Assembly (NCBI GenBank): GCA_004764695.1
Contig: SMSO01000014.1
Location: 5,094,845 to 5,158,844, forward strand
DNA from: Schizochytrium sp. TIO01
Lineage: Eukaryota; Protista; Bigyra: Labyrinthulomycetes
Length of the DNA: 64,000 nt
Reading direction: 5' to 3'
The notes beneath the pieces are model-generated. The model searched no databases, was not told the origin of the DNA, and saw only the letters and a program-made list of their open reading frames with translations. Made by a program: the position numbers and the translations under genes. Each line of letters begins with the position of its first letter. Positions within the stretch are counted from its first letter, which is position 1. Below, in pieces: positions 13,598 to 24,959 of this stretch.

Positions 13598-16500
13598 GAA
13601 AAACCAAACAAAGAAACCCACTTTCTCTCTCTTTCTTGAGGTTTGAGGGGTTCTTTCTCTGATTATTATCTCGCCAAGCCAGATAAAACCTTCTATGGCC
13701 AACGGCACAGCTCCAACAACGCCCATTCACAGCACCAGCCCAGCGGCCAATCCTGCAACAAGCGGCCTCCCAATTTCACGCGGGAGAAGAAGCCACAAAA
13801 GGCCGCGTTGCCCTCAGGTTTCGTTCCATAGCTTTCAACCATCATCGCCGCTCTTCCCTCATATCCCTGCTTTCCTTCGCTCGGCCTGATCTATCTATAT
13901 CTATATACATAATATGTACGTACCTACGCATGCGCCTATGCCCGCCTACAACTACCTCTGTGTTGCATCCTTCTTTGGCGTTGTTTTGTAGTCTACTGCA
14001 TCGTACTGCGCTGTAGTGCATTGCATTGCCTTGTATCGCAGCATTGCATTTGCATTGCATAGTACTGTATTGCATTCATTGCACTCTTTTACAGAGTCTT
14101 ATTCTGCACAACAGACAGAACGCCTCGTCCTGTACCGCATCCTTCCTTTCGCAGCGAATTCTTTCGTCGTGAGTGAGTTCGTTCGTTCGTTCGTGAGTGA
14201 GTGATGAGTGAGTGTGTAAGTAAGTAAGTAAGCGCGATTGCTTTTTGAGCTCTGGGTTTACAGCAGCATTTGTACGTGTCTGTCTTATCTATCCACCCAC
14301 CTCTCTCTCAATCCCCGCATTCTCCCTCACTACTCACTACTCCCCTCATCCGCTTATGGCAATCGCTCCTCCTGCGGTCTCGAACTCTCCTCGGGAACAG
14401 GCATTCATTCTTTGTATTTTGTATTGGCTTCTTTCTTTCTGTGGCGAACTTGGCCGCTGCTACAAAGGCGGCTCCTCGAAGCGGCGCGGCTCCTCGGCTG
14501 CTAGCCCACCGTACGCGGCGCTAGCTGCGCCCAGGCCTTCACGCAGAACGACCGCCTAGCTCGCTGCGCCAGGGACCGCGACAGCCAGAAGAACCAGCGA
14601 GCGAACAAGATCCTCCGCGATTCACGCATCACGACGCCGCCGCTGCCGCCGCTGCCTTCGACGTCTTTCTTCGCTTATGGCAACCATCCATCGATCGACC
14701 AACCAGTCCCTCCTCTGCTCTGCTCTGCTCTGCTCTGCTCTGCTCTGTCTCGCCTCCTCGCGTGGATTCTCGCCTGCTCTGGCGCTGTAGCTCTCTGTCT
14801 CTTTGGCGGTTCTTCTTCTTCTTCTTCTTCTTCTTCTTATTATTATTATTACTCGCTTAAGTTTGCTCTCGTTTGAGGCGGCGCCTAAGTAGGGACTAGG
14901 GGTGCCTAGGGACCCCGTGGAAAGAGTTGCCAAATGTGGCGGTGTGAGGAGAGAGAGAGAGAGACTAAGTTAACTAACTGAGTGAGTGAGTGAGTGAGTG
15001 AGTGTGAGGCGAATTTTCTTCGTGTCTTGGAGGGTAGGCGGTTCTAGGTGGGACTAGGCGGCGATGTAATGGAGGGGCTGGCGTTTATTGAGAGTTTCAC
15101 TAAAGTTCGATTCGCAGGCAGGACTTTTAGAGCAGAGGAGCATTGATTGGCTCATTGGCTGTTTGACTTTTTAATTTTGCTTTGTGTTTTTACTAGTTGG
15201 TTGGCAAGTCAAGGGCTCCGCTCGCTCGGGGGAAGTGAAAGACTGCGAGGCTGGCTTCGAGTCGGTCGCCGCAGTGGTTGGTTGGTCAGCGGTCTTGCTT
15301 GCTGTGCCTGCGAGTGTCGAGCGTAGCAGAAGGATTGCGAATGGCAAAAAGGACGAAATGGTGAGAATACCACTCGAACTAGGTTCGGCAGTGTTTAGTC
15401 TATTGTTGTCATTTGTAGTTTGCTCTATCTCGTTAAAACTCTGGTCGCTGTCCCAACATAGCACACTCTCACCGATCTCTTTACTTTGAAAGATTCAAGT
15501 TCAAGAAAAAAGCAAAAGAACGAAAACAACTTGAAAAAACTAAGCTTTTTCTTGAGTATTTTAAAGCAAGCAAACAAACAAACAAACCAACTAAGTAAGT
15601 GCCGCAGTAAGTATGTAACTTACATACTCACTCAAACACTAAATATCCAACTATGTAACTAACAAACTAACTCGCTAACTAGGTATAAAATAGCCTCGGT
15701 TAGGCGAAAAGGTACAACTGGCTATCTAGTAGTGGCTAGTATGTCGGCGAGCGAGATTTTAGTTTTGTGAAGAGTGAGGGATAAGAAGTTGAGGCATAGA
15801 ATAAGCTGACTTCTCTGCGGACAGACCGCCGTCAGTGGAGGTCTGGAGGAGGCAGCCTCACTGAGAGAAACTCGGAGGTCACATTCCAGGGGGTGTATGC
15901 GTGGCATTTGATTCAAGCTTTGCTCTCTCGTCTTGGGACACCAGGACACGGATAATAAAATAGTGTAGGGAACGAATTTCCTACTCTTCATATTCTCTTT
16001 TGATTTCGCTTTGATGTGGTTTTATAAGTTCTGATTTTTATGATTGGTTGAATTTTTAAATTTTATTTTCTAAAGCGATAAAATAAAATAAGTTTAGTTT
16101 CTACAAAATTTACTTACTTTATATTCTCTGAGGAAGGGGATTTTTACAGACTGGCAGAGTGTTTCCCGTAGGTCCATGCCACAAGAACGCAGGCCCTCGT
16201 TCTCCTCTCTAAGTAGCCGTGTGATTAAACATATCTGTTTAGTTAATTAGATATATTCACGGATTTTACAGGTAAGACTTTAAAGGATAAATAAAAAGTG
16301 GAAACGAAGAAAAGTAGATTGAAATTATTATAATAATCACACAAATCTAAACAACTTCTTGCAAAACGTTTCTTTATGAGTGGTGCATGGAATACATACA
16401 GAATATGAATAAGAATAAGAGTAAGGATAAGAATAAGGATAAGAATTATACCCCAAATGTGAGAAACGCCGTGGAGTGACGCATAGAAGAAATCATGGTA

Positions 16501-18082
16501 AATTGTGTAGTATCTACTTATCTAAGAAAGATGACAGAAACTTCTTGGAAATGGCAACGATGTTTCCTTTGAAACAATGTCCACACTCAACTTGATGCTT
16601 CTCGCTCTGGTTTTCGACTTTTCAAGCTCAGGAAAGAGGCAGCCAGCAACCTTCTTCTTTTGAAAAAAAGGGATTACAAAAGCTGTTGTTTCAAGTGAGA
16701 GAGTTAGTCGGTTGTCCTGTTGCACCGTTGCTTTCTATTTTGGCTGTGAGCTTGGCCTTTTGGTGTTTTATTTTCGCTCTTTAGAGAGAGTAGCTCCTTC
16801 TGGTTTTATTTTGGTGCGGGTCTTTTCCGTCGTTTGAAAACTCAACGATCCATCAACCTTCCCAAAGGAAAAATGTCTGTGAAATAGACACCAATGCAGA
16901 AGGTGTTCTTCTCGTTTCCGTGTCGCGTTGATTACTCAGCAACAACAGCAATGGCAACCAAACAAGAACCACACTACATATTTTTCTTCTCTCCTGCAAA
17001 TTCGGTGCTCGGGTTATAATGGATGGTTTTTATCTATTTTACGTAAAAGCAAGCAAATTAAATTCCAGTGTTAGTAATTCTTATTTTGTGCGTCTAATTT
17101 TTTTTTCCAGGATGTAAGCACCCATATATAAACTGATACTTTATTTCTTCGAAGTGCCTCACTGGTGAAGATATACAAGTGTGCGTGCAAGCTGTTACGC
17201 GGAGGAAGAGAACAAGGCACAGAGGCTGCGGCAGCGATTTTGCTTCTCTTGTAGACACGATTTTGTTTTTATAAAGATGTGTGTTTACATCAAAGTAAGA
17301 GTAAGAAGAGTTTCACCTGAGGTTTTGCAACGGCCTTTGTGATAATAGTTTGTGGCCATTTGAAAATAAAATGAAAATGAAAAAATAATGTCGTCTGCAT
17401 CCTGTGTTGTATAGGGGATTTTTTGGTTTCTTCTAAGAAAAATACACCAGAAAAAGATAATATCGTACTAGTTAGTGGTGTTCACAAAGTAACATGTTTC
17501 AATTTTTACTTTCGCAGAGAGAAAGTTATGCTCTTTTTTTTGCCTTTTAAAAATAATTATTTAGAAAGAAAGCTAACTTTAGTCAGCGGATTCGTGTCAA
17601 TAGAGTCAAAGTTCGCAGCCAGAAAGAGCCCCCTTTCCGAAAAGAAAAGAAAAGAAAAGAAAAGAAAAGAAAAGAAGAAGATGAAAAATGCGGCTCCTTT
17701 TAAAAATAAGTCTTCGGATGGTGGTGCAGCAATGCCCAGCAACATCGTATAATTCATTCAACCAATTGGATATTTTCGGCAAGCTCTATTTATTTTATTT
17801 TATTTATTTAGTTAGTTATGTAGTTATTTCAAGAAAGAAATCACAAAACTCCCAAAGTAGATCAGGTTTTCCGCGCTACCCTTACCTATCTGCATTTCAC
17901 TTATTCATTCATTCATTCGTTGTTCATTCATGAAAAGAGATCGTGTCATCAAGAATGGGTAGTAGGTAGATATGTAGTAGCACAAATAGTAGTACCTATT
18001 GCTTATCTAGCGCCTATGCTGCTGCTCCTTTCACCAAGAGAGCATGAGAGGTAGGCGCCTACCAGTTGAATAGATATATCTT

Positions 18083-18297
18083 ATGTATGTATCTATTCTA
18101 TCTATATATCTATTTATCTATGTATCTAATGTATCTAATGTATCTAATGTATCTAATGTATCTATTTATCTATTTATCTATTTTTCTATGTATCTAATGT
18201 ACATAATGTATCTAATGTATCTATATATCTATTTATCTATTTTTCTATGTATCTAATGTACATAATGTATCTAATGTATCTAATGTGTCTATCTATA
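18083..18297. repeat. AT-rich compound repeat (TATCTAATG / TATCTATT units) with a 59-bp higher-order duplication
   Basis: 9-mer runs. The block TTTTTCTATGTATCTAATGTACATAATG... occurs at 18181 and 18240. Confidence 0.9.
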
Positions 18298-18589
18298 TTT
18301 TTGTATTCTTTAAAGAAAAGGAATCTTTTGCTCGACGGCAACAGCTCAATCAGTGTAAGAACGCAGTATCGCAGCTGAGGTTTGACAACTATCCAGTAGA
18401 ATACCTACTCGGGCACTGTTGCTGGTGGTCCACAAGCAGGCAGTCAGAGAGAGACAGCCAGCTGTTTGTCTACGCATGCCTGCCGAGAGATCTCTCAAGC
18501 AAGCAATTCTGAAAGTCTTCCTTGCTTGGTTGCTCGCTCGCATGGCTGATTGGACTGATTGTAAAGCCTCGATCCTTTGCATGAGGGGT

Positions 18590-18620
<31 letters not shown>

Positions 18621-18917
18621 GCCGACAAAAGGCGACCAACTAAGTCTTGGTGGGCTCCCAAGGCTGAGAAGAGCGAGAGTGGGTCGAGATGGCAAACCCC
18701 TCCTCTGTGTGCCCTCTTCGGAGGGAGGGATACCGTCAGCCGCCTATCGCAGCCTTCGCTATCTATCTTTCGTGAAACACTCCGCTCTTGCAAGGAGCCT
18801 TGAGACCTCGAGGCGCTTAGTTCCCAGCGAGTACAAGTGGAGGAAGGGCCATCAGAAGCAGCAAGCGAGGAGGACCAGAGCCAAACTTGCAGGGTCCTGG
18901 CAGCCCGCCGTAGCATG

Positions 18918-18990
18918 CAACCAAGCAACCAAGCAACCAAGCAACCAAGCAACCAAGCAACCAAGCAACCAAGCAACCAACAACCAAGCA
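18918..18990. repeat. (CAACCAAG)n octamer repeat; a (CAGCAAGA)n tract lies nearby at ~19153-19190
   Basis: Directly visible. Confidence 0.9.
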
Positions 18991-19783
18991 AGCGATCGCG
19001 GTAGAGGTGTGCATATATTTGTGCCTCTCCCTCCCTCTGTGTCAGGAACGAGCGAGCTCAGGCAAGCAAAGGCTGCGTTGCGAGAGCAGAGTTTGCATTC
19101 CTCGTGCCTCCCTGCACATACTGCCTGTGCCTTCAAGCGATGAAGCGATCAACAGCAAGACAGCAAGACAGCAAGACAGCAAGACAGCAAGCAAGAAGCC
19201 CCCACAGCCGACCACAGCCGCTGGTTTAGCTGCAGAGGTGGCTCTTCTTCTGCGTCCTCTCTGCAGTGGGCGCCCGTCTTTCTCCCTTCACGCTGTGCCC
19301 ACAGCCGCGATGAAATGAATGACGGTGGTGGTGCCTCCAGCTCGACTTGAGGCCCCATTTCATACCGATGCATCGCGAAAGCTCTGTGCTCTTCTTGCTT
19401 TATTTACGCTCGGCTCTCCTCTCCTCTCCTCCCTCGAGGAAGCTCGCGCTTGGGCGCCGGGGTCGGCGCGGCGTCTCTGTCCCGCGACCGTGCCTGCCTG
19501 CCTGCGCCCAGCCAGCTAACTCCAGCTTCGTCGCTGCAACTGGAGATGCAAAAGCCCGAGGCAGCTGCTTTTGGCCGCGGTATAGAGGAGGGAGCGAGCT
19601 CTGCTTTCGCATAATTAGAAGCCTGCCTGGCTGTACCAGTTGGTAGTTCCTGCCTACGGATGTGGTGAGCGGAGAGAAGAATCGTTTTGGCTTTGAGAAC
19701 TTCTTCTTCTTCTTCTTCCAACTCGGCATTGAGAGGGAGAAAAAAGAGAGGAAGTACCTTTTTTGGCGCTCAATCAGGCGGAT

Positions 19784-19934
19784 TTTTAATTTTAATTTTA
19801 ATTTTAATTTTAATTTTAATTTTAATTTTAATTTTAATTTTAATTTTGATTTTAATTTTGATTTTAATTTTAATTTTGATTTTGATTTTGATTTTAATTT
19901 TGATTTCGATTTTAATTTTAATTTTAATTTTGAT
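19784..19934. repeat. Hexanucleotide microsatellite (TTTTAA)n grading into mixed TTTTAA/TTTTGA units, ~25 copies
   Basis: Directly visible. Confidence 0.95.
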
Positions 19935-21903
19935 TAAAACAAATAATAGTATTCAAACGAAAATATTAAAATTATTTTGTTTGTGTAGCTTTATTATTAT
20001 TTTAAAGGGAACAATAAACGCTATCTTCAGAAAATGAAAAGCAGTGAAATCCTTGGCTTCTTGCGCGTTTCGAAATTGACATCAGGAAACGACGATCCAA
20101 GCACAACAGCAAGATTTAGTCCGATTGCATCTACACATCGAGAGGTCGAAGCCTCCGTGCACTCAGGAACTTCGCTCTCCTTTACGCTTCTTCTTCTGCT
20201 TCTTCTCCGCGCATGAAATACATCGCAGAAGCAGGAAGGAAGGAAGGAATTCAATGCTTTTCGTGATTTCGTGGTTGCTCCAGACAAGATTTACAAGACA
20301 ACTCAATCTCTCTCCCTCCGAGGTTTCCTTTCGCTACTTCTCGCCCTCCGTGCAGGCGCCGCCAAAGGAGAGCAGAGCAGAGTCGAGGCAGCCGGACTTC
20401 GCGCGGGTCAGATCTGTGCCAGCGAGTGGAAAGAGGCAGCCCAGACTTTCGAGCGGACGGCTTTGAAGCAGAGACGCAGGTAGTGGAATACTGCAGAGGA
20501 GCGCAGTAGACACAGAGGGAGGGAAAGAGAGAGGGAAACGCAGGCACAGAGATCAGGTGAACTTGATAAATAACACGAACAAATCAATAAATAACGTTAA
20601 TTAACGGCGAACTAACAAACAAGCAAGCAAGCAAGAAAGCAAGCAAACGAACAAACACAATAGGAGGAACGAACACAGGAACAAAACGCAAGAATGAGAG
20701 GAAAGCACGGCCTATCGATCGAAGCTTCGAGCGACGTCGGAGTGGCTCAAGTCTGCCCCAGAGAGCAAAGAAAGGTCGGGAGGAAGGAGGGAGAGCGCCG
20801 CAGAAACGGAGAACGTGCAAATCACACCCACACCCACACCCACACACACACATTTACTTGGGTTGAAGGGCAGACTTGTCGCTCCCAGCAGTCAGGTTTA
20901 TCCGAGTGTGAAGATCGTCCACGCTCTGTGGGAAACTGTGGGATTTAGGCCCTTGGAGGCTCCCACTAATGCCATCCACGCTCCACTATGGGCCTCGAAA
21001 GACTCTATTATAGTACCACCGAAGCTATTCCACAGATAGTGGTGGCAGGCGATGAATCCATCGATCTATCGATGCATCGATCCATCAATCCATCGCTCCA
21101 CTCGCCCTCGCGCCAGCGACCACGGTCTACGCGCAGCCGGATAAGGTGCCCTCCAGGCAGCCATCGGCTGCGTCGATTGATTGACTGTTGACTGACTGAC
21201 TGATTGTCTGATTGAGGCTGATTCTCGATGGCGCCTCGCCACAGTAGGGTTCCTGTAAGGAGTACTACAGAGCTTTTACTATAACGAGGCGCTGAGTTTG
21301 TACAACGGATGAAAATGCTGTCAGGAAATAAATGAATGTAAAGGCGCAAGGCCGAAGCAGAGCGCGCTCGCGCGGAAGCCGAGGCCCACGTCTAACTGCT
21401 GCAGCAGCCGGCGCGTGGAGGGAGTACAGCGGCGAGGAGGTCGGCCTTGGCTCGCTCGCTTGCTTGCTTGCGTGCTTGCTTGCTTGCTTGCTTGTTGCTT
21501 GCTTGCTTACGTGGTCCTGGTTTGCGTGGATTCCTTCCTTAGCGGTGGGGTGCCAAAAAGGCGGTGTGGTCAGATGTTGTCGCAGAGTCAGGTCGTGCTG
21601 TATGGCAAGTTGGCGAGGCCGAAGAGGTGCGGCGGCCCAGTGTGGAGCTGATGTGAGCTCGGCCTGGCACAGAGCGAGCTTGGCGACGGCACAGAAGAGA
21701 CTGCGGAGTACCAGAGAAAGTACGGCGCCGCGAGGGCTTTTGGCCTCTTTGCCTCTTTGACTCTTTGTTTCGTTCTTTGTTTCTCTTTCTCTTTCCTGTT
21801 TGCAAGGGTTAAGACAATGCAATAAATTCATCTTTCTGATGATGAGTAAAGAAACAAAACATACCCAGCCTCTCGGCATCAATTCGCTTCTTTCGTCGAG
21901 AGC

Positions 21904-21963
21904 CTTGAGGCAACAAGATAGCACTTGAGGCAGCAAGATAGCACTTGAGGCAGCAAGATAGCA
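21904..21963. repeat. 3 x 20-bp tandem repeat CTTGAGGCARCAAGATAGCA
   Basis: Directly visible. Confidence 0.9.
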
Positions 21964-22046
21964 TCAGCTACCTACCTGCCTTTCTGTGTGTCCATCTGTC
22001 TGTCTGTCTGTCTGTCTATTCATCTATCTATCCACCCATTCTATCT

Positions 22047-22079
22047 AAAGAAAGAAAGAAAATAAGGAAGAAACTCTGA

Positions 22080-22115
<36 letters not shown>

Positions 22116-22162
22116 AGGTCTGAAAGAAAGAAAGAAAGAAAGAAAGTCTGAAAGAAAGAAAG
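22047..22162. repeat. (AAAG)n microsatellite with TCTG interruptions; similar tracts at ~1959-2030 and ~45637-45670
   Basis: Directly visible. Confidence 0.9.
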
Positions 22163-23429
22163 AGGTCTCTCTCTGGTCGTGGCTGACCGTTGCGCGAGAT
22201 AAGGCGGGTCTGGTCTCGCGAACTTGCGTCGTTCTAAATAAAGCAGAAAGAAGGCAGGCGCCTTGCTTGAGAGCCTTGTGAGCCTTGAGAGCAGAGCGGA
22301 GCGGAGCAGAGCAGAGCCCCTCATTCAGAGCTAGCCCCCCAGGGCGGCCTCGGGGTCGAGCACGAAGAAGTCCCCGACTCGGGCGCTGTTTTGTGGCGAG
22401 ATAGAGAAACGAAAGCGGCCGCCGACACCACATTTGTGTAGTCCGCCGCACCTCAAATGGTGGAATTACACCGAAGGTCGCCGCCAGAGCCCCAAGGCAG
22501 CGCGGGCTGCAAGGCAGAGCCGCGAGGCAGAAATCGTATTCTGACGTAGCTTCTTGGGCTTTGAAGTCCTCTCGCAGACGCAGACGCAGCTCGCCACGCC
22601 GCTCCAGAGCGCAGCGCAGCAGCTCGAGAAGCGCCGCAGCGGCTTGGGAGCGGGGCGCAGACGCCCTAGTGAGGCCTACTCGCCGCTAGAGGAAACCTCG
22701 CCCGAGCGAGAGCAATGCAATGCAATGCTGCACAGAGGAGATCTACGCACGCGTCGCACCGACCAGCTGACCAGGCACGGCCGAAGCAGAAGAAGAGGAG
22801 ACGACCGGCAGAGTTGCCGCGAATGCTCGCCCGCTCGCGGCCGGGCGCCAATCCCGCTCCTCCGCGGAGAACGGAGCCCATCGCGAGCGAGCAAGCAAGC
22901 AAGCGAAGAAGGGCCTTCTTCGCCGCCCTCATCCGCTGGAGAGGCACACTGTACTCGGCGCGGTAGATGAGCGCTAGTGAGTCCTACTTAGCCCCACAGC
23001 AGCCGTGTAGTGCAGCTTCGCAAGAAGAAAGCTGTGGGGACAGTCTAGCTGGGGACAGTCTCGCGCAGGCCCTGTTTGGCGATGGAGAAGACCCCGGACT
23101 CAACAGCCAGAACAACAGCGCCTACGGTGGTGCACAGCGACCTGGGAAAGGAGGCGCGCTGCGGTGGCGCTGCGAAGGCTTGGAGCATCGGCAAAATACA
23201 AGCCATGGCACAAAGCGGGCGACGAGGGGGGGGAGGCACGAAGGGTCCGAGGCAGTTATTCTGAATATTCTTTCGGTGGTTCACCTACTACACGCGCCGT
23301 TGAGCTTGGGCGTTTAAGCGACACCTTCCCGGAGGAGGGTATATTTGCAGGCGTATATGCACGACTCGGACTTGTACATACATGAATTGGGCTGGGTTTG
23401 CCTGGTTGAAGAAAGAAACGAGAAAAAAT

Positions 23430-23597
23430 TGCATGTGTTGTTTGTGATGCATGTGTTGTCTGTGATGCATGTGTTGTCTGTGATGCATGTGATGCATGTG
23501 ATGCATGTGATGCATGCGATGCATGTGATGCATGTGATGCATGTGATGCATGTGATGCATGTGATGCATGTGATGCATGTGATGCATGTGATGCATG
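23430..23597. repeat. Compound minisatellite: 3 x 18-bp TGCATGTGTTGTYTGTGA then ~13 x 9-bp TGCATGTGA
   Basis: Directly visible tandem periodicity. Confidence 0.95.
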
Positions 23598-24959
23598 GGG
23601 TGCAAATTGAATGTGAAACATGGGATGTAAATTGCATGTTGTGCGGATGACAGGTGATGCAGGTTGCCTGCACAAAAATATAAGAAAAGAATATAGCCAA
23701 GTCCAGAGCAGAGTTTTTCTTGTGAAGGAAGTACAGGAGAAGAACCTCTGTGGAAAGTTTGCTTGCTCAGTGAGAGTGGTAGCACCTCCTGTGCATGAAA
23801 GAGCTTGGACAAGAGAAACTTGTGTTGCTCACTCTCTGATATATCTGCAGTGGGGGCCGGGGGGGGGGTTCAGGTAAACTTCGCGTGTATTGTACAAGAG
23901 TGAATACAAACGTATTTTCCTTTGTACATAGGAGGGGGGAATTGTTACAAGATTCTGCAAAATTCTGCATAAACTAAATGTTGTTCATCTTGTAGAAATT
24001 GCCCGCCAATTTCTCTGAGGAAGCAATGCTGAATTCCATCTTTATACGTATCTCTAGGTACAGATCAATCACCACAAAGGAAACAGACGATGTGCAAGGA
24101 CTGTTGACAAAGAAGATCAAACGCGGTGAGCTCTTATTTAAAAAAACAAAACCAAAAACCAAAAAAAAAAACATTGTATAGCAGCTTGACGCAAATATTG
24201 CTGAAGAAAATTATTTGTTGTTAATCATAAAAAGATGTAATTTATCTGTCTTTAGGTAGGATTGAAGTTCCTGAACAGGCCTCCTATCTGGAAAAATACA
24301 CCGCACATTCTAGCAAAAAATTGGACAGCACAATGCATCAATTTATTAAAAGAACATCAAGACTACGTTGGAAACTAAAACTAATGTCTGAATGCCACCA
24401 ATTCACGAAGTAGACCAGAAAATAAAATAAAATAATATTATATATAGAGAAGATACACTTACGTGCTCCTTCATCAAATCTAGATAAAATGCAATGCCAA
24501 ACACCCGTACCCAATCTTTCATTTGCTTCAAAGACAAACAAACAACCATGATTTCCTTGCTTGCAAGAAGGGTGCATCGAAACTAAGTAGGAGAACTGAG
24601 ATGCATAGAATACAACTACGCTTTTCAAATTGATAGTAAATGTAATCAGGACTTGGACCCCAACAAGATCGTTTCGCAGATTATTAAATATATTTATATA
24701 TATCTGGTAAATCGTAACATAGACAAAGACAAAATGGATAAACATAATAATATTCTGAAGGGATGAATAAGTTGTTTAGTTTGAGAGGTATGTAGATACT
24801 ATAAAAAGCTGCAAGCTGAGAATCAAGGCGTAATCATTCAGCGTACAAATTTTGAGGGTGAATATGCCTCGCCAGCTTGAGCCAGGGCCTGGGGGGGGGG
24901 GGGCAGGACTACACGGAGGATCTTTGAGTCGAGCGCGTTTATTTAACCCGACGGGCGTC

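Noticed and set aside
15080-15120. B-box-like GTTCGATTC suggesting a tRNA or SINE
   Set aside because: No acceptor, D or anticodon stems can be formed around it.
16505-16523. GTGTAGTATCT match to the U2 snRNA branch-recognition sequence
   Set aside because: Only an 11-nt match. The conserved upstream GGCCTTTTGGCTAAGATCAA stem and downstream U2 structure are absent.
23256-23812. Stacked ORFs encoding His-, Cys- or Met-rich repeats (metal-binding look-alikes)
   Set aside because: All arise from the 9-bp minisatellite being stop-free in every frame. The flanks are not protein-like.
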